Both the position numbers and the translations under genes were made by a program. DNA of 64,000 bases from NCBI GenBank assembly GCA_964016885.1, contig OZ024741.1:260772001-260836000 (forward strand), written 5' to 3'. The notes beneath the pieces are model-generated. The model searched no databases. It saw only the letters and a program-made list of their open reading frames with translations, and was not told the origin of the DNA. This document shows, in pieces, positions 38,901 through 53,900 of this stretch; position 1 is the stretch's first letter; each line of letters begins with the position of its first letter. The stretch comes from Eledone cirrhosa (Eukaryota).

Positions 38901-41900
38901 GAATGTTCCGACTTACGAGTGTTTCGACTTACGAGTGTTTCGGCGTACGAGTGTTTCGACTTACGAGTGTTTTGACTTACGTGTGTTTCGGCTTACGAGT
39001 GTTTCGACTTACGAGTGTTTTGACTTACGTGTGTTTCGGCTTACGAGTGTTTTGACTTACGAGTGTTTTGACTTACGGGTGTTTCGGCTTACGAGTGTTT
39101 CGACTTACGAGTGTTCTGACTTACGAGTGTTCCGACTTACCAGCGTTCCGACTTACGAGTGTTTCGACTTACGAGTGTTTCGGCTTACGAGTGTTTCGAC
39201 TTATGGGTGTTTCGACTTACGAGTGTTTTTACTTACGGTGTTTCGGCTTACGAGTGTTTCGACATACGAGTGTTTTGACTTACGGGTGTTTCGACTTACG
39301 CGTGTTTTGACTTACGAATGTTTTGACTTACGGGTGTTTCGGCTTACGAGTGTTTCGACTTACGAGTGTTTCGGCTTACGAGTGTTTCGACTTACTAAAG
39401 TTTTTACTTACGAGTGTTTCGGCGTACGAGAGTTTTGACTTACGAATGTTTTGACTTACGGGTGTTTCGGCTTATGAGTGTTTCGACTTACGAGTCTTTC
39501 GGCTTACGAGTGTTTCGACTTACTAATGTTTTTACTTACGAGTGTTTCGGCGTACGAGTGTTTCGACTTACGAGTGTTTCGACTTACGGGTGTTTTGACT
39601 TACGGGTGTTTCGGCTTACGAGTGTTTCGACTTACGATTGTTTGGCTTACGAATGTTTCGACTTACGAGTGTTTCGACTTACGAGAGTTTTGACTTACGG
39701 TGTTTCGGCTTACGAGTGTTTCGACTTACGAGTGTTTTGACTTACGGGTGTTTTGACATACGAGTGTTTCGATACGAGTGTTCTGACTTACGAGTGTTCT
39801 GACTTACGAGTGTTTCGACTTACGAGTGTTTTGACTTACGGGTGTTTTGACATACGAGTGTTTCGATACGAGTGTTCTGACTTACGAGTGTTCTGACTTA
39901 CGAGTGTTCTGACTTACGGGTGTTCTGACTTACGAGTGTTCCGGCTTACGAGTGTTTCGGCTTATGAGGGTTTCGACTTACGAGTGCTTCGGCTTACGAG
40001 TGTTTCGACTTACGAGTGTTTCGGATACGAGTGTTTCGACTTACGAATGTTTTGGCTTACGAGTGTTTCGGCTTACGAGTGTTTCGACTTACGAGTGTTT
40101 CGACTTACGAGTGTTTTGACTTACGGTGTTTCGGCTTACGAGTGTTTCGACATACGAGTGTTTTGACGTACGGGTGTTTCGACTTACGGGTGTTTCGACT
40201 TAAGAGTGTTTCGACTTACGAGCGCTTCGACTTACGAGTGTTTCGGCTTACGAGTGTTTCGGCGTATGAGTGTTTCGACTTACGAGTCTTTCGGCTTACG
40301 AGTGTTTCGACTTACTAATGTTTTTACTTACGAGTGTTTCGGCGTACGAGTGTTTCGACTTACGAGTGTTTCGACTTACGGGTGTTTTGACTTACGGGTG
40401 TTTCGGCTTACGAGTGTTTCGACTTACGATTGTTTGGCTTACGAATGTTTCGGCTTACGAGTGTTTCGACTTACGAGAGTTTTGACTTACGGTGTTTCGG
40501 CTTACGAGTGTTTCGACTTACGAGTGTTTTGACTTACGGGTGTTTTGACATACGAGTGTTTCGATACGAGTGTTCTGACTTACGAGTGTTCTGACTTACG
40601 AGTGTTCTGACTTACGGGTGTTCTGACTTACGAGTGTTCCGACTTACGAGTGTTTCGGCTTATGAGGGTTTCGACTTACGAGTGCTTCGGCTTACGAGTG
40701 TTTCGACTTACGAGTGTTTCGGCTTACGAGTGTTTCGACTTACGAATGTTTTGGCTTACGAGTGTTTCGGCTTACGAGTGTTTCGACTTACGAGTGTTTC
40801 GACTTACGAGCGTTTTGACTTACGGTGTTTCGGCTTACGAGTGTTTCGACATACGAGTGTTTTGACGTACGGGTGTTTCGACTTACGCGTGTTTCGACTT
40901 AAGAGTGTTTCGACTTACGAGCGCTTCGACTTACGAGTGTTTCGGCTTACGAGTGTTTCGGCGTATGAGTGTTTTGACTTACGAGTGTTTCGACTTACGA
41001 GTGTTTCGACTTACGAGTGTTTAGACTTACGAGTGTTTCGACTTACGAGTGTTTTGACTTACGAGTGTTTTGACTAACGGTGTTTCTGCTTACGAGTGTT
41101 TCGACTTACGAGTGTTATGACTTACGGGTGTTTTGACATACGAGTGTTTCGATACGAGTGTTTCGACTTACGAGTGTTACGAGTGTTCTGACTTACGAGT
41201 GTTTCGACTTACGAGTGTTCTGACCTACGAGTGTTCTGACTTACGAGTGTTTCGACTTACGAGTGTTTTGACTTACGGGGGTTTCGACTTACGAGTGTTT
41301 CGAGTTACGAGTGTTTCGAGTTACGAGTGTTTCGACTTACGAGTGTTTTTACTTACGAATGTTCTGACTTACGGGTGTTTCGGCTTACGAGTGTTTCGAC
41401 TTACGAGTGTTTTAACTTACGGGTGTTTCTACTTACGCGTGTTTCGACTTGCAAGTGTTTCGACTTACGAGTGTTTCGACTTGCAAGTGTTTCGACTTAC
41501 GAGTGTTTCGACTACGAATGATCCGACTTACGAGTGTTTCGACTTACGAGTGTTTCGACTTACGAGTGTTCTGACTTACGGGTGTTCCGACTTACGAGTG
41601 TTTCGGCTTACGATTGTTTTGACTTACGATTGTTTTGGCTTACGAATGTTTCGACTTACGAGTGTTTCGACTTACGAGTGTTTTGACTTACGAGTGTTTT
41701 GTCCTACGGGTGTTTTGACATACGAGTGTTTCGATACGAGTGTTCTGACTTACGAGTGTTCTGACTTACGAGTGTTCTCACTTACGAGTGTTCTGACTTA
41801 CGAGTGTTCTGACTTACGGGTGTTCTGACTTACGAGTGTTCCGACTTACGAGTGATTCGGCTTATGAGGGTTTCGACTTACGAGTGCTTCGGCTTACGAG

Positions 41901-44900
41901 TGTTTCGACCTACGAGTGTTTCGGCTTACGAGTGTTTTGACGTACGAATGTTTTGGCTTACGCGTGTTTCGTCTTACGAGTGTTTCGAATTACGAGTGTT
42001 TCGACTTACGAGTGTTTTGACTTACGGTGTTTCGGCTTACGAGTGTTTCGACTCACGAGAGTTTTAACTTACGGGTGTTTCGACTTACGCGTGTTTCGAC
42101 TTACGAATGTTCCGACTTACGAGTGTTTCGACTTACGAGTGTTTCGGCGTACGAGTGTTTCGACTTACGAGTGTTTTGACTTACGTGTGTTTCGGCTTAC
42201 GAGTGTTTCGACTTACGAGTGTTTTGACTTACGTGTGTTTCGGCTTACGAGTGTTTTGACTTACGAGTGTTTTGACTTACGGGTGTTTCGGCTTACGAGT
42301 GTTTCGACTTACGAGTGTTCTGACTTACGAGTGTTCCGACTTACCAGCGTTCCGACTTACGAGTGTTTCGACTTACGAGTGTTTCGGCTTACGAGTGTTT
42401 CGACTTATGGGTGTTTCGACTTACGAGTGTTTTTACTTACGGTGTTTCGGCTTACGAGTGTTTCGACATACGAGTGTTTTGACTTACGGGTGTTTCGACT
42501 TACGAGTGTTTTGACTTACGAATGTTTTGACTTACGGGTGTTTCGGCTTACGAGTGTTTCGACTTACGAGTGTTTCGGCTTACGAGTGTTTCGACTTACT
42601 AATGTTTTTACTTACGAGTGTTTCGGCGTACGAGAGTTTTGACTTACGAGTGTTTCGACTTACGAGTGTTTTGACTTACGAATGTTTTGACTTACGGGTG
42701 TTTCGGCTTATGAGTGTTTCGACTTACGAGTCTTTCGGCTTACGAGTGTTTCGACTTACTAATGTTTTTACTTACGAGTGTTTCGGCGTACGAGTGTTTC
42801 GACTTACGAGTGTTTCGACTTACGGGTGTTTTGACTTACGGGTGTTTCGGCTTACGAGTGTTTCGACTTACGATTGTTTGGCTTACGAATGTTTCGACTT
42901 ACGAGTGTTTCGACTTACGAGAGTTTTGACTTACGGTGTTTCGGCTTACGAGTGTTTCGACTTACGAGTGTTTTGACTTACGGGTGTTTTGACATACGAG
43001 TGTTTCGATACGAGTGTTCTGACTTACGAGTGTTCTGACTTACGAGTGTTTCGACTTACGAGTGTTTTGACTTACGGGTGTTTTGACATACGAGTGTTTC
43101 GATACGAGTGTTCTGACTTACGAGTGTTCTGACTTACGAGTGTTCTGACTTACGGGTGTTCTGACTTACGAGTGTTCCGGCTTACGAGTGTTTCGGCTTA
43201 TGAGGGTTTCGACTTACGAGTGCTTCGGCTTACGAGTGTTTCGACTTACGAGTGTTTCGGATACGAGTGTTTCGACTTACGAATGTTTTGGCTTACGAGT
43301 GTTTCGGCTTACGAGTGTTTCGACTTACGAGTGTTTCGACTTACGAGTGTTTTGACTTACGGTGTTTCGGCTTACGAGTGTTTCGACATACGAGTGTTTT
43401 GACGTACGGGTGTTTCGACTTACGGGTGTTTCGACTTAAGAGTGTTTCGACTTACGAGCGCTTCGACTTACGAGTGTTTCGACTTACGAGTCTTTCGGCT
43501 TACGAGTGTTTCGACTTACTAATGTTTTTACTTACGAGTGTTTCGGCGTACGAGTGTTTCGACTTACGAGTGTTTCGACTTACGGGTGTTTTGACTTACG
43601 GGTGTTTCGGCTTACGAGTGTTTCGACTTACGATTGTTTGGCTTACGAATGTTTCGGCTTACGAGTGTTTCGACTTACGAGAGTTTTGACTTACGGTGTT
43701 TCGGCTTACGAGTGTTTCGACTTACGAGTGTTTTGACTTACGGGTGTTTTGACATACGAGTGTTTCGATACGAGTGTTCTGACTTACGAGTGTTCTGACT
43801 TACGAGTGTTCTGACTTACGGGTGTTCTGACTTACGAGTGTTCCGACTTACGAGTGTTTCGGCTTATGAGGGTTTCGACTTACGAGTGCTTCGGCTTACG
43901 AGTGTTTCGACTTATGAGTGTTTCGGCTTACGAGTGTTTCGACTTACGAATGTTTTGGCTTACGATTGTTTCGGCTTACGAGTGTTTCGACTTACGAGTG
44001 TTTCGACTTACGAGCGTTTTGACTTACGGTGTTTCGGCTTACGAGTGTTTCGACATACGAGTGTTTTGACGTACGGGTGTTTCGACTTACGGGTGTTTCG
44101 ACTTAAGAGTGTTTCGACTTACGAGCGCTTCGACTTACGAGTGTTTCGGCTTACGAGTGTTTCGGCGTATGAGTGTTTTGACTTACGAGTGTTTCGACTT
44201 ACGAGTGTTTCGACTTACGAGTGTTTAGACTTACGAGTGTTTCGACTTACGAGTGTTTTGACTTACGAGTGTTTTGACTAACGGTGTTTCTGCTTACGAG
44301 TGTTTCGACTTACGAGTGTTATGACTTACGGGTGTTTTGACATACGAGTGTTTCGATACGAGTGTTTCGACTTACGAGTGTTACGAGTGTTCTGACTTAC
44401 GAGTGTTTCGACTTACGAGTGTTCTGACCTACGAGTGTTCTGACTTACGAGTGTTTCGACTTACGAGTGTTTTGACTTACGGGGGTTTCGACTTACGAGT
44501 GTTTCGAGTTACGAGTGTTTCGAGTTACGAGTGTTTCGACTTACGAGTGTTTTTACTTACGAATGTTCTGACTTACGGGTGTTTCGGCTTACGAGTGTTT
44601 CGACTTACGAGTGTTTTAACTTACGGGTGTTTCTACTTACGCGTGTTTCGACTTGCAAGTGTTTCGACTTACGAGTGTTTCGACTTGCAAGTGTTTCGAC
44701 TTACGAGTGTTTCGACTACGAATGATCCGACTTACGAGTGTTTCGACTTACGAGTGTTTCGACTTACGAGTGTTCTGACTTATGGGTGTTCCGACTTACG
44801 AGTGTTTCGGCTTAAGATTGTTTTGACTTACGATTGTTTTGGCTTACGAATGTTTCGACTTACGAGTGTTTCGACTTACGAGTGTTTTGACTTACGAGTG

Positions 44901-47900
44901 TTTTGTCTTACGGGTGTTTTGACATACGAGTGTTTCGATACGAGTGTTCTGACTTACGAGTGTTCTGACTTACGAGTGTTCTCACTTACGAGTGTTCTGA
45001 CTTACGAGTGTTCTGACTTACGGGTGTTCTGACTTACGAGTGTTCCGACTTACGAGTGATTCGGCTTATGAGGGTTTCGACTTACGAGTGCTTCGGCTTA
45101 CGAGTGTTTCGACCTACGAGTGTTTCGGCTTACTAGTGTTTTGACGTACGAATGTTTTGGCTTACGCGTGTTTCGTCTTACGAGTGTTTCGAATTACGAG
45201 TGTTTCGACTTACGAGTGTTTTGACTTACGGTGTTTCGGCTTACGAGTGTTTCGACTTACGAATGTTCCGACTTACGAGTGTTTCGACTTACGAGTGTTT
45301 CGGCGTACGAGTGTTTCGACTTACGAGTGTTTTGACTTACGTGTGTTTCGGCTTACGAGTGTTTCGACTTACGAGTGTTTTGACTTACGTGTGTTTCGGC
45401 TTACGAGTGTTTTGACTTACGAGTGTTTTGACTTACGGGTGTTTCGGCTTACGAGTGTTTCGACTTACGAGTGTTCTGACTTACGAGTGTTCCGACTTAC
45501 CAGCGTTCCGACTTACGAGTGTTTCGACTTACGAGTGTTTCGGCTTACGAGTGTTTCGACTTATGGGTGTTTCGACTTACGAGTGTTTTTACTTACGGTG
45601 TTTCGGCTTACGAGTGTTTCGACATACGAGTGTTTTGACTTACGGGTGTTTCGACTTACGAGTGTTTTGACTTACGAATGTTTTGACTTACGGGTGTTTC
45701 GGCTTACGAGTGTTTCGACTTACGAGTGTTTCGGCTTACGAGTGTTTCGACTTACTAATGTTTTTACTTACGAGTGTTTCGGCGTACGAGAGTTTTGACT
45801 TACGAGTGTTTCGACTTACGAGTGTTTTGACTTACGAATGTTTTGACTTACGGGTGTTTCGGCTTATGAGTGTTTCGACTTACGAGTCTTTCGGCTTACG
45901 AGTGTTTCGACTTACTAATGTTTTTACTTACGAGTGTTTCGGCGTACGAGTGTTTCGACTTACGAGTGTTTCGACTTACGGGTGTTTTGACTTACGGGTG
46001 TTTCGGCTTACGAGTGTTTCGACTTACGATTGTTTGGCTTACGAATGTTTCGACTTACGAGTGTTTCGACTTACGAGAGTTTTGACTTACGGTATTTCGG
46101 CTTACGAGTGTTTCGACTTACGAGTGTTTTGACTTACGGGTGTTTTGACATACGAGTGTTTCGATACGAGTGTTCTGACTTACGAGTGTTCTGACTTACG
46201 AGTGTTCTGACTTACGGGTGTTCTGACTTACGAGTGTTCCGGCTTACGAGTGTTTCGGCTTATGAGGGTTTCGACTTACGAGTGCTTCGGCTTACGAGTG
46301 TTTCGACTTACGAGTGTTTCGGATACGAGTGTTTCGACTTACGAATGTTTTGGCTTACGAGTGTTTCGGCTTACGAGTGTTTCGACTTACGAGTGTTTCG
46401 ACTTACGAGTGTTTTGACTTACGGTGTTTCGGCTTACGAGTGTTTCGACATACGAGTGTTTTGACGTACGGGTGTTTCGACTTACGGGTGTTTCGACTTA
46501 AGAGTGTTTCGACTTACGAGCGCTTCGACTTACGAGTGTTTCGGCTTACGAGTGTTTCGGCGTATGAGTGTTTCGACTTACGAGTCTTTCGGCTTACGAG
46601 TGTTTCGACTTACTAATGTTTTTACTTACGAGTGTTTCGGCGTACGAGTGTTTCGACTTACGAGTGTTTCGACTTACGGGTGTTTTGACTTACGGGTGTT
46701 TCGGCTTACGAGTGTTTCGACTTACGATTGTTTGGCTTACGAATGTTTCGGCTTACGAGTGTTTCGACTTACGAGAGTTTTGACTTACGGTGTTTCGGCT
46801 TACGAGTGTTTCGACTTACGAGTGTTTTGACTTACGGGTGTTTTGACATACGAGTGTTTCGATACGAGTGTTCTGACTTACGAGTGTTCTGACTTACGAG
46901 TGTTCTGACTTACGGGTGTTCTGACTTACGAGTGTTCCGACTTACGAGTGTTTCGGCTTATGAGGGTTTCGACTTACGAGTGCTTCGGCTTACGAGTGTT
47001 TCGACTTATGAGTGTTTCGGCTTACGAGTGTTTCGACTTACGAATGTTTTGGCTTACGAGTGTTTCGGCTTACGAGTGTTTCGACTTACGAGTGTTTCGA
47101 CTTACGAGCGTTTTGACTTACGGTGTTTCGGCTTACGAGTGTTTCGACATACGAGTGTTTTGACGTACGGGTGTTTCGACTTACGGGTGTTTCGACTTAA
47201 CAGTGTTTCGACTTACGAGCGCTTCGACTTACGAGTGTTTCGGCTTACGAGTGTTTCGGCGTATGAGTGTTTTGACTTACGAGTGTTTCGACTTACGAGT
47301 GTTTCGACTTACGAGTGTTTAGACTTACGAGTGTTTCGACTTACGAGTGTTTTGACTTACGAGTGTTTTGACTAACGGTGTTTCTGCTTACGAGTGTTTC
47401 GACTTACGAGTGTTTCGACTTACGGGTGTTTTGACTTACGGGTGTTTCGGCTTACGAGTGTTTCGACTTACGATTGTTTGGCTTACGAATGTTTCGGCTT
47501 ACGAGTGTTTCGACTTACGAGAGTTTTGACTTACGGTGTTTCGGCTTACGAGTGTTTCGACTTACGAGTGTTTTGACTTACGGGTGTTTTGACATACGAG
47601 TGTTTCGATACGAGTGTTCTGACTTACGAGTGTTCTGACTTACGAGTGTTCTGACTTACGGGTGTTCTGACTTACGAGTGTTCCGACTTACGAGTGTTTC
47701 GGCTTATGAGGGTTTCGACTTACGAGTGCTTCGGCTTACGAGTGTTTCGACTTACGAGTGTTTCGGCTTACGAGTGTTTCGACTTACGAATGTTTTGGCT
47801 TACGAGTGTTTCGGCTTACGAGTGTTTCGACTTACGAGTGTTTCGACTTACGAGCGTTTTGACTTACGGTGTTTCGGCTTACGAGTGTTTCGACATACGA

Positions 47901-50900
47901 GTGTTTTGACGTACGGGTGTTTCGACTTACGGGTGTTTCGACTTAAGAGTGTTTCGACTTACGAGCGCTTCGACTTACGAGTGTTTCGGCTTACGAGTGT
48001 TTCGGCGTATGAGTGTTTTGACTTACGAGTGTTTCGACTTACGAGTGTTTCGACTTACGAGTGTTTAGACTTACGAGTGTTTCGACTTACGAGTGTTTTG
48101 ACTTACGAGTGTTTTGACTAACGGTGTTTCTGCTTACGAGTGTTTCGACTTACGAGTGTTATGACTTACGGGTGTTTTGACATACGAGTGTTTCGATACG
48201 AGTGTTTCGACTTACGAGTGTTACGAGTGTTCTGACTTACGAGTGTTTCGACTTACGAGTGTTCTGACCTACGAGTGTTCTGACTTACGAGTGTTTCGAC
48301 TTACGAGTGTTTTGACTTACGGGGGTTTCGACTTACGAGTGTTTCGAGTTACGAGTGTTTCGAGTTACGAGTGTTTCGACTTACGAGTGTTTTTACTTAC
48401 GAATGTTCTGACTTACGGGTGTTTCGGCTTACGAGTGTTTCGACTTACGAGTGTTTTAACTTACGGGTGTTTCTACTTACGCGTGTTTCGACTTGCAAGT
48501 GTTTCGACTTACGAGTGTTTCGACTTGCAAGTGTTTCGACTTACGAGTGTTTCGACTACGAATGATCCGACTTACGAGTGTTTCGACTTACGAGTGTTTC
48601 GACTTACGAGTGTTCTGACTTACGGGTGTTCCGACTTACGAGTGTTTCGGCTTACGATTGTTTTGACTTACGATTGTTTTGGCTTACGAATGTTTCGACT
48701 TACGAGTGTTTCGACTTACGAGTGTTTTGACTTACGAGTGTTTTGTCTTACGGGTGTTTTGACATACGAGTGTTTCGATACGAGTGTTCTGACTTACGAG
48801 TGTTCTGACTTACGAGTGTTCTCACTTACGAGTGTTCTGACTTACGAGTGTTCTGACTTACGGGTGTTCTGACTTACGAGTGTTCCGACTTACGAGTGAT
48901 TCGGCTTATGAGGGTTTCGACTTACGAGTGCTTCGGCTTACGAGTGTTTCGACCTACGAGTGTTTCGGCTTACGAGTGTTTTGACGTACGAATGTTTTGG
49001 CTTACGCGTGTTTCGTCTTACGAGTGTTTCGAATTACGAGTGTTTCGACTTACGAGTGTTTTGACTTACGGTGTTTCGGCTTACGAGTGTTTCGACTCAC
49101 GAGAGTTTTAACTTACGGGTGTTTCGACTTACGCGTGTTTCGACTTACGAATGTTCCGACTTACGAGTGTTTCGACTTACGAGTGTTTCGGCGTACGAGT
49201 GTTTCGACTTACGAGTGTTTTGACTTACGTGTGTTTCGGCTTACGAGTGTTTCGACTTACGAGTGTTTTGACTTACGTGTGTTTCGGCTTACGAGTGTTT
49301 TGACTTACGAGTGTTTTGACTTACGGGTGTTTCGGCTTACGAGTGTTTCGACTTACGAGTGTTCTGACTTACGAGTGTTCCGACTTACCAGCGTTCCGAC
49401 TTACGAGTGTTTCGACTTACGAGTGTTTCGGCTTACGAGTGTTTCGACTTATGGGTGTTTCGACTTACGAGTGTTTTTACTTACGGTGTTTCGGCTTACG
49501 AGTGTTTCGACATACGAGTGTTTTGACTTACGGGTGTTTCGACTTACGCGTGTTTTGACTTACGAATGTTTTGACTTACGGGTGTTTCGGCTTACGAGTG
49601 TTTCGACTTACGAGTGTTTCGGCTTACGAGTGTTTCGACTTACTAATGTTTTTACTTACGAGTGTTTCGGCGTACGAGAGTTTTGACTTACGAGTGTTTC
49701 GACTTACGAGTGTTTTGACTTACGAATGTTTTCACTTACGGGTGTTTCGGCTTATGAGTGTTTCGACTTACGAGTCTTTCGGCTTACGAGTGTTTCGACT
49801 TACTAATGTTTTTACTTACGAGTGTTTCGGCGTACGAGTGTTTCGACTTACGAGTGTTTCGACTTACGGGTGTTTTGACTTACGGGTGTTTCGGCTTACG
49901 AGTGTTTCGACTTACGATTGTTTGGCTTACGAATGTTTCGACTTACGAGTGTTTCGACTTACGAGAGTTTTGACTTACGGTGTTTCGGCTTACGAGTGTT
50001 TCGACTTACGAGTGTTTTGACTTACGGGTGTTTTGACATACGAGTGTTTCGATACGAGTGTTCTGACTTACGAGTGTTCTGACTTACGAGTGTTTCGACT
50101 TACGAGTGTTTTGACTTACGGGTGTTTTGACATACGAGTGTTTCGATACGAGTGTTCTGACTTACGAGTGTTCTGACTTACGAGTGTTCTGACTTACGGG
50201 TGTTCTGACTTACGAGTGTTCCGGCTTACGAGTGTTTCGGCTTATGAGGGTTTCGACTTACGAGTGCTTCGGCTTACGAGTGTTTCGACTTACGAGTGTT
50301 TCGGATACGAGTGTTTCGACTTACGAATGTTTTGGCTTACGAGTGTTTCGGCTTACGAGTGTTTCGACTTACGAGTGTTTCGACTTACGAGTGTTTTGAC
50401 TTACGGTGTTTCGGCTTACGAGTGTTTCGACATACGAGTGTTTTGACGTACGGGTGTTTCGACTTACGGGTGTTTCGACTTAAGAGTGTTTCGACTTACG
50501 AGCGCTTCGACTTACGAGTGTTTCGGCTTACGAGTGTTTCGGCGTATGAGTGTTTCGACTTACGAGTCTTTCGGCTTACGAGTGTTTCGACTTACTAATG
50601 TTTTTACTTACGAGTGTTTCGGCGTACGAGTGTTTCGACTTACGAGTGTTTCGACTTACGGGTGTTTTGACTTACGGGTGTTTCGGCTTACGAGTGTTTC
50701 GACTTACGATTGTTTGGCTTACGAATGTTTCGGCTTACGAGTGTTTCGACTTACGAGAGTTTTGACTTACGGTGTTTCGGCTTACGAGTGTTTCGACTTA
50801 CGAGTGTTTTGACTTACGGGTGTTTTGACATACGAGTGTTTCGATACGAGTGTTCTGACTTACGAGTGTTCTGACTTACGAGTGTTCTGACTTACGGGTG

Positions 50901-53900
50901 TTCTGACTTACGAGTGTTCCGACTTACGAGTGTTTCGGCTTATGAGGGTTTCGACTTACGAGTGCTTCGGCTTACGAGTGTTTCGACTTACGAGTGTTTC
51001 GGCTTACGAGTGTTTCGACTTACGAATGTTTTGGCTTACGAGTGTTTCGGCTTACGAGTGTTTCGACTTACGAGTGTTTCGACATACGAGCGTTTTGACT
51101 TACGGTGTTTCGGCTTACGAGTGTTTCGACATACGAGTGTTTTGACGTACGGGTGTTTCGACTTACGCGTGTTTCGACTTAAGAGTGTTTCGACTTACGA
51201 GCGCTTCGACTTACGAGTGTTTCGGCTTACGAGTGTTTCGGCGTATGAGTGTTTTGACTTACGAGTGTTTCGACTTACGAGTGTTTCGACTTACGAGTGT
51301 TTAGACTTACGAGTGTTTCGACTTACGAGTGTTTTGACTTACGAGTGTTTTGACTAACGGTGTTTCTGCTTACGAGTGTTTCGACTTACGAGTGTTATGA
51401 CTTACGGGTGTTTTGACATACGAGTGTTTCGATACGAGTGTTTCGACTTACGAGTGTTACGAGTGTTCTGACTTACGAGTGTTTCGACTTACGAGTGTTC
51501 TGACCTACGAGTGTTCTGACTTACGAGTGTTTCGACTTACGAGTGTTTTGACTTACGGGGGTTTCGACTTACGAGTGTTTCGAGTTACGAGTGTTTCGAG
51601 TTACGAGTGTTTCGACTTACGAGTGTTTTTACTTACGAATGTTCTGACTTACGGGTGTTTCGGCTTACGAGTGTTTCGACTTACGAGTGTTTTAACTTAC
51701 GGGTGTTTCTACTTACGCGTGTTTCGACTTGCAAGTGTTTCGACTTACGAGTGTTTCGACTTGCAAGTGTTTCGACTTACGAGTGTTTCGACTACGAATG
51801 ATCCGATTTACGAGTGTTTCGACTTACGAGTGTTTCGACTTACGAGTGTTCTGACTTACGGGTGTTCCGACTTACGAGTGTTTCGGCTTACGATTGTTTT
51901 GACTTACGATTGTTTTGGCTTACGAATGTTTCGACTTACGAGTGTTTCGACTTACGAGTGTTTTGACTTACGAGTGTTTTGTCTTACGGGTGTTTTGACA
52001 TACGAGTGTTTCGATACGAGTGTTCTGACTTACGAGTGTTCTGACTTACGAGTGTTCTCACTTACGAGTGTTCTGACTTACGAGTGTTCTGACTTACGGG
52101 TGTTCTGACTTACGAGTGTTCCGACTTACGAGTGATTCGGCTTATGAGGGTTTCGACTTACGAGTGCTTCGGCTTACGAGTGTTTCGACCTACGAGTGTT
52201 TCGGCTTACGAGTGTTTTGACGTACGAATGTTTTGGCTTACGCGTGTTTCGTCTTACGAGTGTTTCGAATTACGAGTGTTTCGACTTACGAGTGTTTTGA
52301 CTTACGGTGTTTCGGCTTACGAGTGTTTCGACTCACGAGAGTTTTAACTTACGGGTGTTTCGACTTACGCGTGTTTCGACTTACGAATGTTCCGACTTAC
52401 GAGTGTTTCGACTTACGAGTGTTTCGGCGTACGAGTGTTTCGACTTACGAGTGTTTTGACTTACGTGTGTTTCGGCTTACGAGTGTTTCGACTTACGAGT
52501 GTTTTGACTTACGTGTGTTTCGGCTTACGAGTGTTTTGACTTACGAGTGTTTTGACTTACGGGTGTTTCGGCTTACGAGTGTTTCGACTTACGAGTGTTC
52601 TGACTTACGAGTGTTCCGACTTACCAGCGTTCCGACTTACGAGTGTTTCGACTTACGAGTGTTTCGGCTTACGAGTGTTTCGACTTATGGGTGTTTCGAC
52701 TTACGAGTGTTTTTACTTACGGTGTTTCGGCTTACGAGTGTTTCGACATACGAGTGTTTTGACTTACGGGTGTTTCGACTTACGAGTGTTTTGACTTACG
52801 AATGTTTTGACTTACGGGTGTTTCGGCTTACGAGTGTTTCGACTTACGAGTGTTTCGGCTTACGAGTGTTTCGACTTACTAATGTTTTTACTTACGAGTG
52901 TTTCGGCGTACGAGAGTTTTGACTTACGAGTGTTTCGACTTACGAGTGTTTTGACTTACGAATGTTTTGACTTACGGGTGTTTCGGCTTATGAGTGTTTC
53001 GACTTACGAGTCTTTCGGCTTACGAGTGTTTCGACTTACTAATGTTTTTACTTACGAGTGTTTCGGCGTACGAGTGTTTCGACTTACGAGTGTTTCGACT
53101 TACGGGTGTTTTGACTTACGGGTGTTTCGGCTTACGAGTGTTTCGACTTACGATTGTTTGGCTTACGAATGTTTCGACTTACGAGTGTTTCGACTTACGA
53201 GAGTTTTGACTTACGGTGTTTCGGCTTACGAGTGTTTCGACTTACGAGTGTTTTGACTTACGGGTGTTTTGACATACGAGTGTTTCGATACGAGTGTTCT
53301 GACTTACGAGTGTTCTGACTTACGAGTGTTTCGACTTACGAGTGTTTTGACTTACGGGTGTTTTGACATACGAGTGTTTCGATACGAGTGTTCTGACTTA
53401 CGAGTGTTCTGACTTACGAGTGTTCTGACTTACGGGTGTTCTGACTTACGAGTGTTCCGGCTTACGAGTGTTTCGGCTTATGAGGGTTTCGACTTACGAG
53501 TGCTTCGGCTTACGAGTGTTTCGACTTACGAGTGTTTCGGATACGAGTGTTTCGACTTACGAATGTTTTGGCTTACGAGTGTTTCGGCTTACGAGTGTTT
53601 CGACTTACGAGTGTTTCGACTTACGAGTGTTTTGACTTACGGTGTTTCGGCTTACGAGTGTTTCGACATACGAGTGTTTTGACGTACGGGTGTTTCGACT
53701 TACGGGTGTTTCGACTTAAGAGTGTTTCGACTTACGAGCGCTTCGACTTACGAGTGTTTCGGCTTACGAGTGTTTCGGCGTATGAGTGTTTCGACTTACG
53801 AGTCTTTCGGCTTACGAGTGTTTCAACTTACTAATGTTTTTACTTACGAGTGTTTCGGCGTACGAGTGTTTCGACTTACGAGTGTTTCGACTTACGGGTG

